From: an uncultured Clostridia bacterium
Lineage (GTDB): Bacteria; Bacillota; Clostridia; Oscillospirales; CAG-272
Reading direction: 5' to 3'
Assembly (NCBI GenBank): GCA_947625265.1
Contig: CANQNM010000001.1
Coordinates: 1 to 56,042, forward strand
Length of the DNA: 56,042 nt
Shown here: in pieces, positions 8,832-17,366 of the stretch
Layout: each line of letters starts with the position of its first letter
How positions within the stretch are numbered: the first letter of the stretch is position 1
Notes under the pieces: generated by a model
Database searches by the model: none
Told to the model about the DNA's origin: nothing
Seen by the model: only the letters and a program-made list of their open reading frames with translations
Translations under genes and position numbers: made by a program

Positions 8832-9290
8832 ATGAGAACAGGAAAAGAAGAATCCGTGAAACCGAAGCGTGAGACGGATAAGGAGGGAAGAAAGAGCACC
8901 GTCGGGGAGTATATCGCGGTGTTCGTGATCGGCGCGGCGCTTTATCCGCTCATTGAGACGGCATTTCGGGGGCACAGCCATTTTTCGATGGTGCCGGTGG
9001 GCGGTCTTTGTCTGTGTTTTATTTACAAAATCTCCTGTGACCGGGCGCTTCCCGTTCTTGTACGGCCTTTGCTGTCGGCGGTGGCGGTGACAGCGGTGGA
9101 ACTGATGGCGGGGTTGCTTTTAAATGTTACGCTGGGTATGGGCGTTTGGGATTATTCGGGGCAGTCTTTCAATGTGATGGGGCAGATCTGTCCGTTGTTT
9201 TCTCTTGCGTGGCTGGGGCTTTGTTTTGCAGCGCTGCCTTTCTGTCTCATGTTTCAACGTGTTTTTCGGGATGCGAAAGAAAGGACTTGA
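8832..9290 (+). CDS. Membrane protein, putative ABC-transporter type IV (PF06541-like) family
   Basis: It has multiple TM segments and the family-typical GVWDYSGQSFN...CPLFSLAW motif. Confidence 0.55.
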   Translation: MRTGKEESVKPKRETDKEGRKSTVGEYIAVFVIGAALYPLIETAFRGHSHFSMVPVGGLCLCFIYKISCDRALPVLVRPLLSAVAVTAVELMAGLLLNVTLGMGVWDYSGQSFNVMGQICPLFSLAWLGLCFAALPFCLMFQRVFRDAKERT

Positions 9291-9354
9291 AAAAAGGAAA
9301 GAAATGTGATATTCTCAAAAAAGATGGTTTTTACGAGGAAAAGAGGAAGAATGC

Positions 9355-10455
9355 ATGGCGACAAAAAAGAGGAGTTCCGGGAAAGGGGAGGAACGCGGGA
9401 AGGTGATTCTGACTGTGGCCCTTGCCCTTGTATGTGTGTTGGCGTCGCTTTTGGGGATATATTTGCGGGGTGGGAATCCATTTGAGGAGATTCTTTCTTT
9501 TTTTAAAGATAGTCCCGGAATTCTGGAAAGCGGGGAATACAAAGAAGATTGTCTGAGCGTCTTTTTTCTTGACGTGGGGCAGGCGGACAGTATTCTTTTG
9601 AGAAGCCCGGAGGGAAAATTTATGCTCATAGACGCGGCAAAGAACGACGGCGCGCCCGCGCTGCTCAGAACTTTAAAAGAATTTGGCGTCAAAGAACTGG
9701 AATATCTGGTGCTAACGCACCCGCACGAGGATCATATTGGCGGAGCGGACGCTGTTCTTGAGCAGTTTGCGGTGAAAACTGTCCTGTCCCCCGATGTGGG
9801 ATCGACGAGCAAAAGTTGGCGGGATGTGTTGGATGCGATCGAGAAAGAGGGCTGCAAGGATCTCATCGCCCGTCCCGGAGATACATATGGATTTTTTGAG
9901 GGCTGCACTTTCACGGTGCTCGGCCCTTATGATACCGACGAGGATTTGAACAATTGCAGTGTGGTTTTCAGGCTGGATTATGGGGAAACTTCCTTTCTTT
10001 TTACGGGGGATGCGGAAGAGCGTGAGGAACTGTCCATTCTTGAAAACGGCGGCTCCTCCTTCCTGAAAGCGGATGTGCTGAAGGTTGGTCATCACGGCTC
10101 CTCTACTTCCACCTGCGAAGAGTTTCTTTCGGCGGTGTCGCCCCGGTGCGCGGTGATCTCCTGCGGTGAAAACAATGAATACGGTCATCCCCATAGGAGC
10201 ACTCTGGACGCGCTTGAGGACAGGGGAATTGAGATTCTGCGCACCGATCTTTCTGGGACAGTGATGGTGCAGAGCGACGGAAAGAATCTCACAGTGTCTA
10301 AAGCCCGGTCGTCTGATGCAGCAATGTCTGGTGCGTCCGGTGCAATGAAGACGTCGGCTGCGGCGAACAGGGAAAGGCTTTTTCAAAGAATTTTTTTAGG
10401 AAGCGTTGGATTTCGGCGTAAACTCCTTTCAGAAACTTTTTTGAAAGGCGCCTGA
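9355..10455 (+). CDS. ComEC/Rec2-related MBL-fold metallo-hydrolase with N-terminal TM anchor
   Basis: THPHEDHIGG and KVGHHGS motifs are present. The last ~10 codons read into repeat copy a. Confidence 0.75.
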   Translation: MATKKRSSGKGEERGKVILTVALALVCVLASLLGIYLRGGNPFEEILSFFKDSPGILESGEYKEDCLSVFFLDVGQADSILLRSPEGKFMLIDAAKNDGAPALLRTLKEFGVKELEYLVLTHPHEDHIGGADAVLEQFAVKTVLSPDVGSTSKSWRDVLDAIEKEGCKDLIARPGDTYGFFEGCTFTVLGPYDTDEDLNNCSVVFRLDYGETSFLFTGDAEEREELSILENGGSSFLKADVLKVGHHGSSTSTCEEFLSAVSPRCAVISCGENNEYGHPHRSTLDALEDRGIEILRTDLSGTVMVQSDGKNLTVSKARSSDAAMSGASGAMKTSAAANRERLFQRIFLGSVGFRRKLLSETFLKGA

Positions 10456-10540
10456 AAAGTTTTTAGGGGACTTTTCCTTAAAAAGCCCCCTAAATAGAGT
10501 GCGGGGCGAAGCCCCATAGAGACATTGTCTTCACTCGGAG
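10425..10540 (+). repeat. MITE-like structured repeat, truncated copy a
   Basis: It shares gtttttaggggacttttcc...gcggggc-gaa-gccccat...ttgtcttcact with copies b and c. Confidence 0.7.
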
Positions 10541-10543
10541 CGG

Positions 10544-12172
10544 TCATTCGCAGTCGTGAATGACCGTTTTTTCTTTGGGAATATCCGAGAATACCCCGCG
10601 ACAGTGGGAAAACTCAGCGGTAAGTTGGCCCCCGGAGCATACGTTTCCCCGGACGGTGACATTTTCAGCGTTGGCGATATTGAAGGCGTATTTCGCACTT
10701 TCCGGGCATCGTACGGTGTTGTTTTCTATGACGATGTCCTTGTGCAGTCCCACAGATGTGGGATCGGGTGAGGAAATGTTGACGCTTACGGCAGAGGCGC
10801 CGTTTGTGCGGCCGTGGAAAGAGAATCCGCAGTTTTCAAAGGTGTTTTCCGCGACGCGCACGTCCTCGCTGGGAATTCCTTCCCGCCAGCCCTCCTCTGC
10901 CGCGATATGTACCGCGGTGCCGGTGCAGTTTCTGAAAAAGTTGTTTTCAATGACTGCGTGGCGGGTTTTGCAGAGGACTCCCCTTGCCAGGTGCGTTGAT
11001 ACGCGGTTTCCCCGAAAGATCAGTTTCGGTGTTTCGGTAAGGTTTGAAAGAAGGTATCCGTTTCCTTCCGGCAGGGGATGGTCCAGTTCGATCCGGCAGA
11101 TCTGACTTTGGGAAGAGGACCGAACTATAAATTCATCTACCGGCGCAAGGGTTCTTCCGTCCACCAACTGCAGCCGGAATCCCGTTTCGGGATAGTCCGG
11201 TTCCAGAGAGTGGGTTTCCGTGTCGGCGGGCACGCGCACGGTGCATTGCGTTCCGCTTTTTTCTAAGATTGCATAGTAGTAATTGTGGATATTCAGCGCG
11301 TCGTCGCCATGTCCGTAAAACTCGCTGTTTTCCACGGACACGGTGCCGGAGCAGCAGGCAAAGTGCGTCGCGTCGGTGTTGGTAGACATATTGTACCCGA
11401 CGGCGGGAACCACACGAAGCCTTGTGATGAAAATATCCTTACTTTTGAATCCCACAAGACCCATTCCGGGCTGTGAGTGAACGGTGACGTCGGTCAGGCG
11501 TGTGCCGAAAGAGTGACTTATGAGAAATGCTGGGCGGAAATGAAGCGCATTGACGATATACAGTTCATTTCCCGTGTCTTCTTGGCTGCATCCGAGACGT
11601 GCGGTCCAGTGTCCGTCGCCTGAAAGTTTTGGTTGACACCGATACCAGTCGATGAATCTTTCACAGAGCCTGTGTGTTTTGCGGTTGTAGAGGTACGCCC
11701 TTGGTGCGGACATTCCGGGCAAGGGCGGGGTATCGGGGTCAAAGGTGATCGCTGTACGCCCCTCGCTGTCCGTGTCTGTGAGGATTCCCCGAAGGAAGGG
11801 CCTGCGCAGATGATCAACAGTCAGTCCCATCACGTGGGTGTTGACGCAGTTCACGATGCTTACCGGTTCCATAAAGCCGTCTATGAGAAACACCGCGCCA
11901 TACGCCGATACGGTGACGTCCCGACAGTCCCGCAGATCAAGTCCAACACTATATTCGAAATCGGCTTTAAACATCCTGTTTTGGGGATTGACGCCGTAAG
12001 CGCCGCTTAAAACGTCCGCCATCACTTGCCTTGCCCGGGGGGTAGTCACGGTGTATGTGCCGGCAGGAATGAAGAGGGTCGCCCCCGGATGCGCGCGCAG
12101 CCACTGCGCTGCCGCGTCAAGTTTTGCCTGTAGATCTCCGTCAAATTCAAGGAGATTGATCCGGTAGTCCAT
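10544..12172 (-). CDS. Right-handed parallel beta-helix repeat protein (probable glycan-active enzyme)
   Basis: The RBS is GGAGGA. Periodic N-x-V/I-x-N-N-x-F motifs occur (VIENNFFRNCTG, VAENTFENCGF, VIENNTVRC). Confidence 0.5.
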   Translation of the reverse strand: MDYRINLLEFDGDLQAKLDAAAQWLRAHPGATLFIPAGTYTVTTPRARQVMADVLSGAYGVNPQNRMFKADFEYSVGLDLRDCRDVTVSAYGAVFLIDGFMEPVSIVNCVNTHVMGLTVDHLRRPFLRGILTDTDSEGRTAITFDPDTPPLPGMSAPRAYLYNRKTHRLCERFIDWYRCQPKLSGDGHWTARLGCSQEDTGNELYIVNALHFRPAFLISHSFGTRLTDVTVHSQPGMGLVGFKSKDIFITRLRVVPAVGYNMSTNTDATHFACCSGTVSVENSEFYGHGDDALNIHNYYYAILEKSGTQCTVRVPADTETHSLEPDYPETGFRLQLVDGRTLAPVDEFIVRSSSQSQICRIELDHPLPEGNGYLLSNLTETPKLIFRGNRVSTHLARGVLCKTRHAVIENNFFRNCTGTAVHIAAEEGWREGIPSEDVRVAENTFENCGFSFHGRTNGASAVSVNISSPDPTSVGLHKDIVIENNTVRCPESAKYAFNIANAENVTVRGNVCSGGQLTAEFSHCRGVFSDIPKEKTVIHDCE

Positions 12173-12250
12173 GTTGTTCCTCCGTTCTGTTTTGGTTTTT
12201 CGCCTGCCCTGATGTTGCGATATTTGATAAAAATTTGAGAAAAAAGGTCA

Positions 12251-12432
12251 GCCGCAGACAAACCCACTTTTCAAAAGGTGAAAAAAGTATCGACCTCTTT
12301 TTTCAAAAGTTTTTGAAGGTTTTTAGGGGACTCAAAAAATCGTTGCACTTCACTTGACAATTCGAGCTAAAAAGTCCCTTAAATGGGGCGCGGGGCAAAG
12401 CCCCGCAAAGACTTTGTCTTCACTCTGAAAAG
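12251..12432 (+). repeat. MITE-like structured repeat, full copy b
   Basis: It has imperfect terminal inverted repeats (GCAGACAAAC ... CTTTGTCTTC) and internal hairpins (AGGGGAC..GTCCCTT; GCGGGGC-AAA-GCCCCGC). Confidence 0.7.
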
Positions 12433-12581
12433 GTTTGCCCGTTTTTTGATTGGCACACTTTTTTTCTTTGCGCTTGTTCCGTTAAGGCGCCGCCGCACGG
12501 TTCCGGCGGTGCGGGTGCAGGCGGATGCGCCGTCGGGGAGTCGATCGTGAACCCGGCGGCGGCGCCTGAAGGGCTCGCTTT

Positions 12582-13820
12582 TTATCTTGCCTTTTCCAGT
12601 TTGTCAAGATCAATCTCGGGCTTCACCATTTTTGTTTTATCCACATGGAAAACCGTGTCCAGCGTGTCGTTTTGGGAGAAGAATCCGCAGTTGTTGAGGT
12701 AGAAGTGGTTGTCCGTAACCCCTCCGCCGTAGTCCTGACGCTGCGCTTTTCTGGCGGTCGTGTCTCCCGTCAGGCGCATACGGTCGATGGGAACCCATTT
12801 TCCGGCCTTGGTTACTGCCCACTGATTGGAAAAATGCACCCTGCGGAAGCGGTGACCGTTGACGTCGATGAAACTTTCAAGGAAGGAATGAGCGCCTTTG
12901 AACCACGTCTGTGTTTCTGGCCGCAGGAAGGAGCAGAACAGTTCCCATTTTCCGGTTTCGGGGAAGAAGAAATAGGACGTAAATTCTGTCTTGTTGTCTT
13001 CTACCGGTCGGATGCGGCAGAGAAAGCGGTAGGTTTCGCCCGAAATCCAGTTGTAGTTCATATAGGACTGTCCTCCCGAACCTTCGTTTCCGAATTCTCC
13101 TGTATGTACTTTAGGATGTTTTTTCAAAACTTTCACCATTTTGTCTTCCGGAATTTCTGAGGGGTCGTCGGTGGCATAGGGGGACCAGACGGAAAACAAC
13201 AGTTTTTTCACCCCGTTGTCGCAGACCTGCATGCCGTAGTATCCCCCGTGAAATCCGATGGCCATTCCGTAGGTTCCGTGGGGATCGTCGCCGGGCATGA
13301 TCGTGACTTCGTTGTAGAACCATTCCACATCGTCTCCCGCGGCCGACATGTCGTACCCGCAATGCACAGAGGGTCCGCGGCGGATCCAATAGAAATCTTT
13401 TTTGTCGCTCTCTCTGGCGTAGGCGGCCATTTCTTCGTCGGAAACGCCTTCTACTTTCAGGGAAGTCGGGAAGGCGAAAACGCTTCCTTCGGCGTTGACG
13501 CCTTTCACGGCGACGTCCACATATCCCGCTTTGACGTCATAGGTTCCCAGAAAAATCTCCTCCGTTCCTTTTTTCACGGGGATTTCGTGTTCAGGCTCGT
13601 GTAAACCTGCCGCGATGGTGGCGTCTGCCTTGGTTTTTTTGCAGAGCAGCGTCAGGCGCAGGGTCGCGTCCACTGCCGGTTTGAAATAAATGTGGTAAAT
13701 GAGGGACGGATTGTTCCAGTGTTCCCAGCCTTCGGGTGTGATGTTGTCTCTGTCGCTTTGGGGTTTGTTTTTGATAAATGAGTTGCCTCCCAGAGGCACG
13801 GTGATGTTTTTGCCTTCCAT
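12582..13820 (-). CDS. DUF3472/DUF5077-like protein (putative carbohydrate-active)
   Basis: The RBS is AAGGAG. The assignment rests on GGYYGMQV...LLFSVWSPY, a pattern I recalled for this family. Confidence 0.45.
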   Translation of the reverse strand: MEGKNITVPLGGNSFIKNKPQSDRDNITPEGWEHWNNPSLIYHIYFKPAVDATLRLTLLCKKTKADATIAAGLHEPEHEIPVKKGTEEIFLGTYDVKAGYVDVAVKGVNAEGSVFAFPTSLKVEGVSDEEMAAYARESDKKDFYWIRRGPSVHCGYDMSAAGDDVEWFYNEVTIMPGDDPHGTYGMAIGFHGGYYGMQVCDNGVKKLLFSVWSPYATDDPSEIPEDKMVKVLKKHPKVHTGEFGNEGSGGQSYMNYNWISGETYRFLCRIRPVEDNKTEFTSYFFFPETGKWELFCSFLRPETQTWFKGAHSFLESFIDVNGHRFRRVHFSNQWAVTKAGKWVPIDRMRLTGDTTARKAQRQDYGGGVTDNHFYLNNCGFFSQNDTLDTVFHVDKTKMVKPEIDLDKLEKAR

Positions 13821-14326
13821 AAAAATATGCTCCTTCGGGAAAATCTTATACTTGGGGTATTGCCTGTCCTTTGCGGATTATAACACGGCACGTTTCAAAT
13901 TTCAAGACGGGTTTTGTAAAGGGGCGGACGGGAGAAAAAATTTTTTTCGCATTTTTTTACTTTTTTCGGGTTTCGGGTTTTCGGGAAAACTGACGGCAGC
14001 CTGTCGTATGTGTCTGCAGCGGGGTAAATTTTCTGGAATGCATACACATAAAATTACAAATACTGAAAATTCTCAATAAATTTCCCTAAAAAAGTTTCTG
14101 CTTTTTCGGTTTGCGGCGGCATATTGAGGTATACTGTTCTTAAACCGGAGGAAGGTTTCGGAAGAAAAGGCCGTTGAAGTAAAGACCTCCGGAAGAAGAC
14201 ACTTTTGAAAAGACGCGTCAAAAATCAAAAGTCAAAGAAATTCGAAGTTCGAAGGCCGACCGAAACCGCGCGCTTTTCAGAAAACCGATTGAAGTTTATT
14301 TTTATTGAAGTTTGAGGAGAAAAATT

Positions 14327-15445
14327 GTGAAAAAAATTCTATCCATGATGCTTGTGGCAATGTGTGTCACGGCGCTTTGCCCCATACTTGCCCCGTCCTG
14401 TGATGCGGATGTGGACGGAGAAGGTTGGAGTTTAAAAGACGGTGTTTTAACTCTGACAAAAGAGATCGGCGGCTCGTACACTCCGGAGGATACCTTCCCT
14501 TGGGCGCAGAACAGATCAGAAATCACGAAGGTGATTGTGGCAAACGGTGTGACAAGAATCGCCGCCCAATCCTTTACGCGTTGTGAGAATCTTGCGGAAG
14601 TGGAAACAGGCAAGGACTGTACCTCCATAGAGGGGGACGCTTTTTCCTATGACGCAAACCTAAAAAAGATCACTTTCGGCTGTCCGATCACAGAATTTGG
14701 ACAGGGCGTTGTGTATTCCAGCAACAATATAGAATCGGTGACCCTTACCGATCAGTCAGTGAATTCCTTCAAACAGATTTCGAGTGCGAAACAGTATAAC
14801 TGGCAAGAGAACGGAGGATTCAGCAACGCGGAGTTCACCGTGGTGGGCACACCCCGTCTGACGCTTACGGCAGCCTATGGAAAAATAGAGAACTATCCTA
14901 AAAACGACAACGCCAAAACCCTGATGATCGTGGGAGGCGTGGACGAGGAAATCGTAAAAAAACTTAACGATGGATCTTACGATCTGAAAAAGGTTGTGAT
15001 TCGCGACGAGACAGACGGGAAAAAGTATACCATTACCGAATATTTCTTCGACGCCTTTGAAAACAGAAATACAGAGGCGGACGTTGGCAACAAACTGCTT
15101 CGTTTGGCGGTCTGTGACTATAGGATCGTGCTCATGCGGGATCACGCCTATACTCTGTCTTTTGAAATTTGGGAAGGCGATGAAAAACTTTACGAGGGTA
15201 TGTCCGCCACCGGCGCTTTTGCGAACAGCACGCAGAGAAACGAAGGGGACTTCCAAAGAGGGTTTGCCGACTACGGATCCATCGTTCCCGAGAATCCGCC
15301 CCACACCTACGAGGAGGCTGGCAGCGATGTGAAGCCGCCCGTGCAGGGGGAACACACGGCGTTCATCGCGCTCATCGCTCTCGGTGCTCTTGCCGCGGCG
15401 GCGGGCTCTCTTGCGGCGGTGCGCAGAAGATTCTCGAACCGGTAA
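14327..15445 (+). CDS. Secreted BspA-type leucine-rich-repeat surface protein, paralog 1
   Basis: A GTG start follows a GAGGAG RBS. It has a signal peptide, LRR_5-like FTRCENLAEVE...IEGDAFSY repeats, and a C-terminal GEHTA + TM + RRRFSNR tail. Confidence 0.7.
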   Translation: MKKILSMMLVAMCVTALCPILAPSCDADVDGEGWSLKDGVLTLTKEIGGSYTPEDTFPWAQNRSEITKVIVANGVTRIAAQSFTRCENLAEVETGKDCTSIEGDAFSYDANLKKITFGCPITEFGQGVVYSSNNIESVTLTDQSVNSFKQISSAKQYNWQENGGFSNAEFTVVGTPRLTLTAAYGKIENYPKNDNAKTLMIVGGVDEEIVKKLNDGSYDLKKVVIRDETDGKKYTITEYFFDAFENRNTEADVGNKLLRLAVCDYRIVLMRDHAYTLSFEIWEGDEKLYEGMSATGAFANSTQRNEGDFQRGFADYGSIVPENPPHTYEEAGSDVKPPVQGEHTAFIALIALGALAAAAGSLAAVRRRFSNR

Positions 15446-15819
15446 CAGTTCGGAATCGACTGTCTGGCCGTTGCGCAGCCGGGCCTGTGCGGCGGGGTCG
15501 CTGTGCGGTGGGGGCGCTGTGCGACCGGGCAGCCAATGCGGCCGTACAACCGTACAAAACCGCGCAGCGTGCGGTGGACTGTCTGACGTTGGAAAGTTTG
15601 AAAGTCGAAAATAGAAGAGAACCGGAGATCGCCGTGTATCGGTGGTTTTCGGTTCCCTTGTCTTCGGTCTTTCTTCTTTCGGTTCCCCTATTCCCCTGTC
15701 GTTGTCTTTTCGCCGATAACCCTTTTTGCAAATTCGAAGCGACCCGGTTCATAGAAAAAAGGAAATGTGACGCTCAGCGGGGGTGAAAGAAAATAGTGAA
15801 ATTTTTTTGAAATTTTCTC

Positions 15820-15848
15820 TTGAAATTTCAATACGGGTATGCTATACT
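15820..15848 (+). promoter_or_regulatory. Sigma-A-type promoter of LRR paralog 2
   Basis: TTGAAA, a 17-nt spacer and TATACT, duplicated almost exactly upstream of paralog 3. Confidence 0.65.
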
Positions 15849-15900
15849 ATAGACAGAGATGGGGAATTCCCCCATGAAAATTTTGTAAAGGAGAAATACT

Positions 15901-16989
15901 ATGAAAAAGACTCTTTCACTGGCGCTTGTAGTTTTGATGGTAGTCGCTGCTTTCTCGGTCTTTACCATCGGCAGTGCTGCTGACGGTGACGGCTGGACTT
16001 TGAAGGACGGCGTTTTAACCGTAACAAAGGAGATAAGCGGCACATATGCTACGGGTAATGATACTTTCCCGTGGGCGGATAAGAGGGACGAGATCACCAA
16101 AGTAGTTGTGGCTGACGGCGTGGAAAAAATCCCCGCTTTTTCGTTCACGCGCTGTAAAAACCTCGCTGAGGTGGAAGTCGGCAAAGACTGCACTACTATT
16201 GAGCAGGATGCCTTTTCCTATTGTGGTGAGATTGCAAGCATCACTTTCAATGGTCCCATCGAATCTATTGGTCAGGGCATTGTGTATTCATCCACTGTTA
16301 AAAAAGTGACTTTGACTGATCAGTCCAAGGAAGCGTTCTTGGCTGTTGCTGCGGTGAAACCCTACAACACTTCTTTTGAGAAGGCGGAGTTCACTGTTAC
16401 CGGAGATGTGGATCCTGTTGTAAAATTGAATGTCGAGCCGTCTCCGTTCGGCGAAATTGAGAACTGGAGTAATGCTACATGGTTCCTTGTTAGCGGAACA
16501 ACCACAGAGATCAGCAACAAACTCAAGAACAAAGAGTTGGATCTGAAGGTTGTGATCGTTGATGTGACTGACCAGAAAACATACACTATTTCCAAGTATG
16601 CGTTTGACAAACCCACAAGCGAAATTTATAGCGATACTAGCGGTAGAAACATGTTGAGAATTGCCGTCTGTGATTATGGCATTGTTCCTGTGAAAGGGCA
16701 CGCCTACACTGTCACGCTTGAACTTTCCGAAGGCGGTACTTTGAAATATGCAGGCACGTCTGAAACGGGTGCGTTTGACAAGGTGTCCGGAAGTTCCAAT
16801 CCTCCCGACGGAAAGGATTTCTGGGTTGTTGAGAATCCTACTCATTACTATGATGAATACAATAACTCCTCTGATGATCCCGTTGATCCTCCGGTAGGTG
16901 GCGAGCACACCGCTATGATCGCGGTTCTCGCAATCGTTGCGCTCTTCGGTTCTGCCGTTGTAGTGTCCAAAAAAGTGCTGAGCAGATAA
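15901..16989 (+). CDS. Secreted BspA-type leucine-rich-repeat surface protein, paralog 2
   Basis: The RBS is AAGGAG. It has a signal peptide (MKKTLSLALVVLMVVAAFSVF), LRR_5-like repeats, and a GGEHTAMIAVLAIVALFGSAVVVSKKVLSR tail. Confidence 0.75.
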   Translation: MKKTLSLALVVLMVVAAFSVFTIGSAADGDGWTLKDGVLTVTKEISGTYATGNDTFPWADKRDEITKVVVADGVEKIPAFSFTRCKNLAEVEVGKDCTTIEQDAFSYCGEIASITFNGPIESIGQGIVYSSTVKKVTLTDQSKEAFLAVAAVKPYNTSFEKAEFTVTGDVDPVVKLNVEPSPFGEIENWSNATWFLVSGTTTEISNKLKNKELDLKVVIVDVTDQKTYTISKYAFDKPTSEIYSDTSGRNMLRIAVCDYGIVPVKGHAYTVTLELSEGGTLKYAGTSETGAFDKVSGSSNPPDGKDFWVVENPTHYYDEYNNSSDDPVDPPVGGEHTAMIAVLAIVALFGSAVVVSKKVLSR

Positions 16990-17008
16990 TTTGCAAACAG
17001 AAAACATA

Positions 17009-17048
17009 AAAGAAAGACTGCCGTTCACGGCGGCCTTTCTTTATTTTT
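17009..17048 (+). terminator. Intrinsic terminator after paralog 2
   Basis: A stem (aaagaaagactgccg ... cggcggcctttcttt) is followed by ATTTTT. Confidence 0.6.
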
Positions 17049-17285
17049 GGTCCAAAAACACCGAACGGGTCGGGTTGCCTTCAATTCGGACTCTTGGAAT
17101 CTCCGCAGACCGTCGCGGTATTTGCGGAATTGACAAACTACTGTGAAAATATGTCGGACTTCTTCAATTTACGGCCAAATGCAAAGAAAAAAGCGGAAAA
17201 ATTCATGAAAAACCCTACATTTTTCATAAGAGAAATAGAATATGTTGAACCGGTGAAAATATTGAAATTTTTTTGAAATTTTCTC

Positions 17286-17314
17286 TTGAAATTTCAATGA
17301 GAGTATGCTATACT
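17286..17314 (+). promoter_or_regulatory. Sigma-A-type promoter of LRR paralog 3
   Basis: TTGAAA, a 17-nt spacer and TATACT. Confidence 0.65.
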
Positions 17315-17366
17315 ACAGACAGAGATGGGGGATCCCCCATGAAAATTTTGTAAAAGGAGAAATACT

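Noticed and set aside
9712-10386. Long antisense ORFs lie opposite the ComEC-like, LRR (14756-15355, 16288-17028), znuB (25283-26104), tldD (32702-33520), deacetylase (30753-31442), oxidoreductase (38348-38983) and murA (49334-49981) genes.
   Set aside because: In each case the opposite-strand gene has clear family motifs and an RBS, and the antisense frames have biased, non-protein-like composition.
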